Assembly: GCA_963675665.1 (NCBI GenBank)
Contig: OY776510.1
Coordinates: 5,086,564-5,150,563, forward strand
Direction of reading: 5' to 3'
Source: Spirochaetia bacterium
GTDB lineage: Bacteria; Spirochaetota; Spirochaetia; UBA9216
DNA length: 64,000 nucleotides
The notes beneath the pieces are model-generated. The model did no database searches and was not told where the DNA came from. It saw only the letters and a list, made by a program, of their open reading frames with translations. Each line of letters begins with the position of its first letter. The first letter of the stretch is position 1. The position numbers and the translations under genes were made by a program. Shown here in pieces: positions 57,323 through 64,000 of this stretch.

Positions 57323-57886
57323 ATGATTAAAGCTGGACAAATAGATAAAGGGACGTTTCTTCTTTTAAAGAATGCACCCTATGCAGTTGCGGAGCGGGAA
57401 TTTGTTAACCCCGGAAAAGGATCCGCTTTCGTAAGGCTCAAACTGAAGAACCTGCTCGACGGCTCGGTGCTTAAAGAAACAATGAAGAGCCAGGACAATG
57501 TTGAGGATATAAGCGTTGAAGATAAAGACTGCCAGTATCTTTATTCAGACGGCGAGAACTTTCATTTCATGGATAATGAAACATACGAACAGTTCGAGAT
57601 TCCTGTTGTAAGCATGGAAGAAAAGGCCCTTTACATGAAAGACGGCGAAGTCTACAGGGTTGTTATATGGGACGGCAAACCGATCGATATTAAAATACCC
57701 TACAAGGTAGTCTACGAAGTAACCGAAGCTGCTGAAGCTCTCAAGGGAGATACCGTAACCGGCGCTACAAAGGTTGTCACAGTTGAAACCGGCCTGAAGG
57801 TAAAAGTCCCCATCTTCATCAAACAGGGAGAGAAAATCCTTGTTAATACCGATACCGGGGAGTACGTGGAACGGGTAAACAGCTGA
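57323..57886 (+). CDS. efp: Translation elongation factor P
   Basis: PGKG loop, YLYSDG, FMDNETYEQ, KGDT, ETGL, VPIFI. Confidence 0.97.
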   Translation: MIKAGQIDKGTFLLLKNAPYAVAEREFVNPGKGSAFVRLKLKNLLDGSVLKETMKSQDNVEDISVEDKDCQYLYSDGENFHFMDNETYEQFEIPVVSMEEKALYMKDGEVYRVVIWDGKPIDIKIPYKVVYEVTEAAEALKGDTVTGATKVVTVETGLKVKVPIFIKQGEKILVNTDTGEYVERVNS

Positions 57887-57930
57887 AGTTCGACAATAAA
57901 TATATAAACCGGCAGACAGACTTCCAGTTT

Positions 57931-59040
57931 ATGGGAGAAAAGCTGAGCTTTTTTCTGTCATTGGGACTATTCAGCAGTTTCGGGGTCGACTCCGGCACCA
58001 GGCTGCTGCTGAAGACCCTTGCGCAAAAGAATATCATTCCTGAAGAAGGCAGAGTCCTTGATGCCGGATGCGGTACGGGAGTAATTGCAGTCAGCCTTAA
58101 AAAGCGTTTCCCGGGACTTGATGTGACCGCAGCTGATCGGGACGCTTTGGCGCTGAACTTTACAGCGATGAATGCACATCTTAACAAACTGCCGCATGAA
58201 GGCTTTGGAACAGCAGCCGGCTTTCTTCCCGGCAGCCTCAGAACTCCGCTGATCTCGGGCAAGCAACAGTTTGATCTTATTGTCTCAAATATCCCGGCCA
58301 AGGCAGGCAATCCGGTAATAAAAGATTTTCTGCAGAACTGCAGCCTGCACCTTTCGGAAAAAGGAAAGGCAGCAGTTGTGATAGTAGCTCCGCTTGCAGA
58401 TTTTGCCGGGAACTGCCTTGTTGAAAACGGCGCAGAAATAACTTTCAGAGAAGCTGATAAACAATACACAGTTTTTCATTTCATTCCCGGCCGGTCCGGA
58501 GAATACAGTTCCTTAATTGATATCTATCGACGTTCGGAAGGTAAAACAGCCGGATTTTACGGGCTTCCCGAATTTGATTCTGTATCATACAGCACCCGTA
58601 ATACCCTTGAAACGCTTAAGAATTTCAATTGCCGAGGAGAAACCCTGATCTGGAATCCAGGCGTCGGTCATATTCCCTGCACATGCAATACTGCAGAAAA
58701 AATCATCCTTGCAGGCTCCGATCTTCTTCAGTTAAAAGCCTCCGCTTATAATCTCGCATCTGAGGCAGAGCAGCTGCACCTGCCGGGGTTCTTCGCTTTA
58801 TCAGATTATACTGAATTGCATCCTGATTACATAATTGCCGCCCCCAATTTCATCAGCGGAGCGGAGGTTGAATCGGAAATCCTTCAGACATCATCCGGGC
58901 TGCTTCAAAAACGGGGACGGCTGCTTATCTCAGGGAAAAGTTCGGATATTTCGAGAGTGGAGAAATACAAAAAAGGTTTTATAATAATGAATTCAATAAA
59001 ATTCAGAGGTTTCAGGTCTCTGCTGCTTGAGAAACTGTGA
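57931..59040 (+). CDS. RsmC/MTS-like class I SAM methyltransferase (true start may be upstream)
   Basis: LFSS.GVDSGTRLLL, VLDAGCGTG, FDLIVSNIP. Confidence 0.8.
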   Translation: MGEKLSFFLSLGLFSSFGVDSGTRLLLKTLAQKNIIPEEGRVLDAGCGTGVIAVSLKKRFPGLDVTAADRDALALNFTAMNAHLNKLPHEGFGTAAGFLPGSLRTPLISGKQQFDLIVSNIPAKAGNPVIKDFLQNCSLHLSEKGKAAVVIVAPLADFAGNCLVENGAEITFREADKQYTVFHFIPGRSGEYSSLIDIYRRSEGKTAGFYGLPEFDSVSYSTRNTLETLKNFNCRGETLIWNPGVGHIPCTCNTAEKIILAGSDLLQLKASAYNLASEAEQLHLPGFFALSDYTELHPDYIIAAPNFISGAEVESEILQTSSGLLQKRGRLLISGKSSDISRVEKYKKGFIIMNSIKFRGFRSLLLEKL

Positions 59041-59126
59041 TAATGTTATCGTTAAAACCTTTAACTTTTAGTGATTATCAACTATAATCAAACAGTACAT
59101 AAAAGGAATCATAAGGAGACAGCCCG

Positions 59127-59549
59127 ATGAGAGTTACAACAAAGGGACGCTATGGACTCAGAGCAGTACTGAAACTTGCGGAACAAAAAGATCGGAAACC
59201 TATTTCAATCAGCACGATTGCCGCAGAGGAAGATATTTCTCCTGAATTCCTGGAGCAGATATTCTATAAAATGAAACAATCCGGAATTATAAAATCCACA
59301 AGAGGCCCCGGCGGCGGATTCAGCCTTGCCAGGGACATGGCGCGGATAACGCTTGCGGATATCCTTGAAGCCGTCGGGGAACCGGTGACCCTTTCTCCCT
59401 GCAGCACCGAAGGCACAAAAAAAGACTGTCCAAGAACCGACAAGTGTGCAGCATATGGAATATGGCAGGATGTTTCTGTTCATTTGAATGAATATTTTAA
59501 CAGTCTGACACTTAATGACATTTTGGAAAAAGCAATAGTTATCCAGTAA
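59127..59549 (+). CDS. Rrf2-family regulator (IscR-like, three Cys)
   Basis: TTKGRYGLRA, FLEQI, S.RGPGGGF, C...C...C. Confidence 0.92.
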   Translation: MRVTTKGRYGLRAVLKLAEQKDRKPISISTIAAEEDISPEFLEQIFYKMKQSGIIKSTRGPGGGFSLARDMARITLADILEAVGEPVTLSPCSTEGTKKDCPRTDKCAAYGIWQDVSVHLNEYFNSLTLNDILEKAIVIQ

Positions 59550-59631
59550 AAATATAAAATTCAAAAGCTGCCGGTCCTGATATTTTTTATTTTTTGTGTT
59601 GACCAGAATCAACTGTGTATTACAATTAAAT

Positions 59632-60564
59632 ATGAGCTATCTGTTAGGCGTTGGAATCGACAAAAACCGTATAGCATGGATATTCAACTCTGAAAAAAAT
59701 ATTTTTAAACCAACAAAACTGACTACTGTCTCTGATAATCAGAGAAAAGCTGAAATACATATCTATCTCGGGAAAAAAGATCAGAAACATCTTCTGTACA
59801 CTGAAACAATAGAAAATATACCTCCGATGCCTGCTGAAGAACCTTCCATTGATTTTATTCCGGAAATCAGGAAACATTCATTAATCTATGAAATTTATCT
59901 TAACGGTAAATATATTAAACGCAATACAATTTCTTTACGCAGATATACAGGCGGTAGCAATCGGCTTCTTATAGTCATTTTATTACTGCTTGCAGTTGCA
60001 GCATTAGCGACAGCTGTATTTTTTCTTCTAATTCCTCAATCCAGGCCCGCTATTCAGGAAGCATTGCCTGAAACTGTAGAAAAACCGGAGGAACAGCCGC
60101 CTGCAACTTCTGTCGTGACCGAAGAACCTATCAAAGAAGTATCAGCCGTCGAAGAAATATCTGCTCCTCCTGCTGAAATCGTTTATACCGAAAACATGAT
60201 TTCCGACAGGGCCTCGGTATTTTTCCTCCCCGACAGCGCAAAACTCACCGATGAAACAATAAGAGGTCTTGAAATGTTTATAGACAAGCTTCCTTCACAT
60301 GACGACTATGAAGAAGGAAGCTTTAAACTGGAGATAAAGGGACATTGCGCACGCTATGGAACAGAAGAAGGCCGGGCGGAATTAAGCAGGGAACGCGCAG
60401 TGAATGTATATAATTTTCTTGAAACAGAATGGGGAATTGAAGCTGACAGCATGATTACAGGCGTAGGGTCCTCAGAACCCGCAACACTTGAGAGAAACCA
60501 GCAACACCTGAACAGGCGAGTTGATATAGAGGTAAAAGGAAAGATCAAAAAAATAGCTGAATAA
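59632..60564 (+). CDS. OmpA-like peptidoglycan-binding protein with one TM and an Hsp70-SBD-like N-domain
   Basis: TTVSDNQ...IPPMP..EP; TM; Pro/Glu linker; F.PDSA.L, GH, LSRERA, NRRVDI. Confidence 0.75.
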   Translation: MSYLLGVGIDKNRIAWIFNSEKNIFKPTKLTTVSDNQRKAEIHIYLGKKDQKHLLYTETIENIPPMPAEEPSIDFIPEIRKHSLIYEIYLNGKYIKRNTISLRRYTGGSNRLLIVILLLLAVAALATAVFFLLIPQSRPAIQEALPETVEKPEEQPPATSVVTEEPIKEVSAVEEISAPPAEIVYTENMISDRASVFFLPDSAKLTDETIRGLEMFIDKLPSHDDYEEGSFKLEIKGHCARYGTEEGRAELSRERAVNVYNFLETEWGIEADSMITGVGSSEPATLERNQQHLNRRVDIEVKGKIKKIAE

Positions 60565-60581
60565 ATTTGAGAGGTATTTTT

Positions 60582-61844
60582 ATGCACAAGAATGTAGGGT
60601 TTGTATCCTTCAGAATTGCAGGAACAGACGGGGTAAGCCTGGAAGTTAAAAAATGGGCTGAAATTTTCGAACGGAACCACTGTAAATGTTTTTATTTTGC
60701 CGAAGAACTTGATACACCGCCGGAGCGTTCATTCTATTCAAAGTATTCTCATTTCAAAAATCCGGCGATAGCGGAAATTAATGATCGTATTTACGGAACA
60801 TCAAAACGAGATCCGGATCTTACCGCAAAGATTCATCATTACCGAAAAAGAATTAAAGAAGAGCTGGAACGATTCGTAAAAAAATTCAATATCGAAATTC
60901 TTATTCCGCAAAATGCGCTGACTATTCCTCTGAATATATCACTGGCGCTCGCATTAACGGAATTCATAGCCGAAACAGAAATTAAGACCATTGCCCACCA
61001 TCATGACTTTTTCTGGGAACGAAAAAGGTTCCTGCGCAACTGCGTATGGGATTATTTCAATTCGTCATATCCGCCCCATCTGCCCTCAATTGAACATGTC
61101 GTTATCAACAGTTCAGGGCAAAACCAGCTTGCTCTCCGAACGGGAATATCATCAACCCTCATACCGAATGTAATGGATTTCGAGAAAGAAGCCCCCGGAA
61201 AGGACGAATACAATGCAGATATTCGTGAAGCTTTGGGTATAGCCGAGGATGAAATCCTGATTCTTCAGCCGACAAGAGTGGTCCAGCGCAAAGGAATTGA
61301 ACATGCTATCGAGCTTGTCAGCAGGTTGGGAGAAAAAGCGGTTTTTGTGATATCCCACGCCTCGGGCGATGAAGGACATGAATATGAAGCCCGAGTCAAG
61401 GATTATGCCAAACTGATGGGAATCAGGGCAATATTCGTATCCGAGATTATTGATGATCAGCGCGAAATTCGGAACGGAAAGAAGATATATACATTACAGG
61501 ACATCTATCCGTATGCCGATTTTGTTACCTATCCTTCATTAATTGAAGGATTCGGCAACGCCTTTCTTGAGACAATCTATTTCAAGAAACCGATCCTCGT
61601 TAATAATTATTCAATATATTCGACAGACATCAAACCAAAGGGTTTCGAAACAATAGAGATGGACGACTTTATCACCGATGAAACAGTCAGACAGGTCAAG
61701 GAAGTTCTGAAGAATACGGAACTTCGCAACCGCATGGTTGAAAAGAACTATGAGATTGCCAAACGTTTTTACTCGTTCAGTGTTCTTCAGGAAAAACTCT
61801 GGGACATCCTTACAACCTTTTGGGGGGCCAAAGAAGACGCTTAA
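60582..61844 (+). CDS. GT4 glycosyltransferase (mannosylglucosylglycerate-synthase-like)
   Basis: [44 protein letters not shown]. Confidence 0.85.
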   Translation: MHKNVGFVSFRIAGTDGVSLEVKKWAEIFERNHCKCFYFAEELDTPPERSFYSKYSHFKNPAIAEINDRIYGTSKRDPDLTAKIHHYRKRIKEELERFVKKFNIEILIPQNALTIPLNISLALALTEFIAETEIKTIAHHHDFFWERKRFLRNCVWDYFNSSYPPHLPSIEHVVINSSGQNQLALRTGISSTLIPNVMDFEKEAPGKDEYNADIREALGIAEDEILILQPTRVVQRKGIEHAIELVSRLGEKAVFVISHASGDEGHEYEARVKDYAKLMGIRAIFVSEIIDDQREIRNGKKIYTLQDIYPYADFVTYPSLIEGFGNAFLETIYFKKPILVNNYSIYSTDIKPKGFETIEMDDFITDETVRQVKEVLKNTELRNRMVEKNYEIAKRFYSFSVLQEKLWDILTTFWGAKEDA

Positions 61845-61854
61845 GGAGAATAAA

Positions 61855-64000
61855 TTGAAGAACAGAGAACAGGTACAGATAGAAAACGAACTTGGCAAGC
61901 TTTACGACGCCCATGGACACGGCGATCTGAAAACCCGGTTAACATCAAAGAGTAAATCTTCTTCCAAAATAGTCAAAACTTTTAATATGGTTATTTCCAT
62001 GATGGATAACCTGATATTCAAACTTAAAAGTTCTGCTCTCGACAGTATCAGCACAAATAAAAAGCTTAATGATAAAGCTTCGGTTGTTGAAAACAATTCC
62101 CGTATCATTGCTTCCGAACTTAAAGAAATAGAATCAAGAATGCAAAATCTTATGGCAGTCGTAGCAGAGTCAGTCAAACTGGGAAACGGTATTTCAGAAT
62201 CATCAAACAAGATCTCCAATCAGATAGAAGCCCAGTCTTCGGCAGTTACCCAATCCTCAGCCGCGGTAACCCAGATGGTTGCTTCAATCAGAAATATAAC
62301 CGGGACTTCAAATGAACGTCTTTCAAGGATTAAACATTTAAAAGAAATAGCAAACAACAGCAGGGTAAAAATTTCGCGTAATGAAGACATAATAAAAACA
62401 GTTGCAGGTAATGCAGATCAGATTCAGACATTTATTTCAATAATTAATAATATTGCGTCCCAGACCAATCTGCTTGCAATGAATGCAGCAATAGAAGCTG
62501 CGCACGCAGGCGATGCAGGACGCGGGTTCAGTGTTGTTGCAGATGAGGTCAGAAAACTGGCCGGAAATACCGAGATAAATGCAAAAAACATTTCAGCGAA
62601 CCTTAAGGTCGTAACCGACGGTATCCGGGAGGCCCAGAATATTTCTGCCGACGTTACAGTTTCATATAATGAGATTCTCGAGGACGTCGAATCTTTTGCC
62701 GACAGCGTTGCAGAAATTACCAGGGGACTTGCAGAGCTTTCCGAGGGCACCGAAGAAATTGATAAGGCCTTGTCCGAACTTTTTGAAATCACAAATGAAG
62801 TTGAAAGCTCTTCACAGGATGTAAACAAAAAATCATCAGGTATTGCCGATTCTATTGATCAGATTGGAAAACTTGCAAATGAGAATACAACATTCATAGA
62901 AAGTATAGGAAACAAAGTCGAGGGTTCAGAAGTACTGATAAAAGATTTATCTGAAATATGCCGTAAAAACCAATATGAACTTCAGTCCCTGATGCAAGAG
63001 GTTGAAAAAGTCAAAATCACCGACTTCAGCAAACTACACTCTGTTGACAATCAGCCTCTGATCATGTGGAACTCATTTAAAAAGGATATTCCTCCAAGAC
63101 CTGCCAATCCGAAAGCACTTGGAAAACTTGATCCCGGTTTTTGGTGGGATGAGGAATTTGCATGTTTCAATATTAAAAAAGAGAGTATTCCCAAATCTCC
63201 GGGCAACGGGCCGAAAGGAAAAAGGATTGCTGCTTTCGTTGCCGGCAATCATCCCTATTACAAGGCATACCAGCAGGGAATGAAGAAAATAGCCGACATG
63301 ATGGGAATGCACCTTGAGGTTTCGGAGGGAGACTGGACTACAGGGCCGCAAAAAACATTTTTCAATAAAGCTTTAAACAGTCAATATGATATGGTAATTG
63401 CTATCCCTGCAGATCAGGATCATTTTGAACAGGCAGCTATTGAAGCATGGAAAAAGAAAGTTCCCCTTATTGTTTCACAGGAATCGCCTTCCGTACAGAC
63501 TTATAAGTATATTCTGAGTTTTACCGGATTTGATGACTGGGGCACTCACAGAATTTTCGGCAAACATTTTGCGAATACAATGAATAAAACCGGAGGTTAT
63601 GCGGTTGTAGGACATCAGGACGGAAGCGGCCATCACATTGCACGCAGTTACGCATTCTCTTCGGAAATTTACAGCTATGCGCCCGAAATGGACCTTCTTG
63701 AGCTTGAGCCGTCCAATCTTGACGGCGATAAAACCCGGACGATGGTCAGGGAATGGCTGAGGAAATACGGAGAAAAACTGAAAGGAATTTTCGTAGCCGA
63801 CGGTCTGGTTCCGTTAAAGGCCGTTATTGAAGTATGCGATGAATTCAGCAGAAATGATATAATCATCTATGCTACCGGAAATAACAAATATTCACTTGAA
63901 ATGGCAAAAGCCGGGAAATGCCGGGGTATAAGATGGGAATCTGCCGAAGCGGACGGCGCAATTGCGATCGAAACAGCAGTAAACTGGTTTAACGGGCTTA
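61855..64000 (+). CDS. Soluble methyl-accepting chemotaxis protein with a C-terminal periplasmic-type sugar-binding domain (3' partial)
   Basis: AAGGAG + TTG at 61855, frame open to the window end; [34 protein letters not shown]; RbsB-like tail (HPYY..Y..GM, TGFDDW); no TM; absent from the ORF track. Confidence 0.88.
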   Translation, partial: MKNREQVQIENELGKLYDAHGHGDLKTRLTSKSKSSSKIVKTFNMVISMMDNLIFKLKSSALDSISTNKKLNDKASVVENNSRIIASELKEIESRMQNLMAVVAESVKLGNGISESSNKISNQIEAQSSAVTQSSAAVTQMVASIRNITGTSNERLSRIKHLKEIANNSRVKISRNEDIIKTVAGNADQIQTFISIINNIASQTNLLAMNAAIEAAHAGDAGRGFSVVADEVRKLAGNTEINAKNISANLKVVTDGIREAQNISADVTVSYNEILEDVESFADSVAEITRGLAELSEGTEEIDKALSELFEITNEVESSSQDVNKKSSGIADSIDQIGKLANENTTFIESIGNKVEGSEVLIKDLSEICRKNQYELQSLMQEVEKVKITDFSKLHSVDNQPLIMWNSFKKDIPPRPANPKALGKLDPGFWWDEEFACFNIKKESIPKSPGNGPKGKRIAAFVAGNHPYYKAYQQGMKKIADMMGMHLEVSEGDWTTGPQKTFFNKALNSQYDMVIAIPADQDHFEQAAIEAWKKKVPLIVSQESPSVQTYKYILSFTGFDDWGTHRIFGKHFANTMNKTGGYAVVGHQDGSGHHIARSYAFSSEIYSYAPEMDLLELEPSNLDGDKTRTMVREWLRKYGEKLKGIFVADGLVPLKAVIEVCDEFSRNDIIIYATGNNKYSLEMAKAGKCRGIRWESAEADGAIAIETAVNWFNGL

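Noticed and set aside
1-64000. tRNA, rRNA, integrase, transposase, phage or defence genes
   Set aside because: None recognised by eye; a covariance-model scan would be needed to exclude small RNAs

Overview
64 kb of a bacterial chromosome, probably an anaerobic free-living spirochaete (inferred from spirochaete-type lipoproteins, the MCP type and the Gx/NusG-II genes). In order: a LacI-controlled rare-sugar ABC/ketose-3-epimerase/FGGY-kinase cluster; a GPH-transporter unit and a TetR-SCP2-M24 unit; the full trp operon (trpE-trpGD-trpCF-trpB-trpA); a large Ig-like surface lipoprotein; a corrinoid protein/MtaA-like/DUF1638-GGDEF operon; apbE; an attenuator-led ABC-F; a FecCD-type ABC transporter with a degenerate NikR-like regulator; NusG-II/Gx; Grx/FTR; htrA; a DUF1638-hydantoinase-like fusion; a two-component system; preP-like, tex, epmA-efp, rrf2, an OmpA-domain gene and a glycosyltransferase; and a soluble chemoreceptor with a C-terminal sugar-binding domain that runs off the window and is missing from the ORF track. 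I saw no rRNA, tRNA, CRISPR array or intact transposon. The best candidate for an undescribed system is the corrinoid-linked c-di-GMP signalling operon at 24420-27620, whose methyltransferase has lost its zinc ligands. All family assignments come from motif recognition by eye, not database searches.
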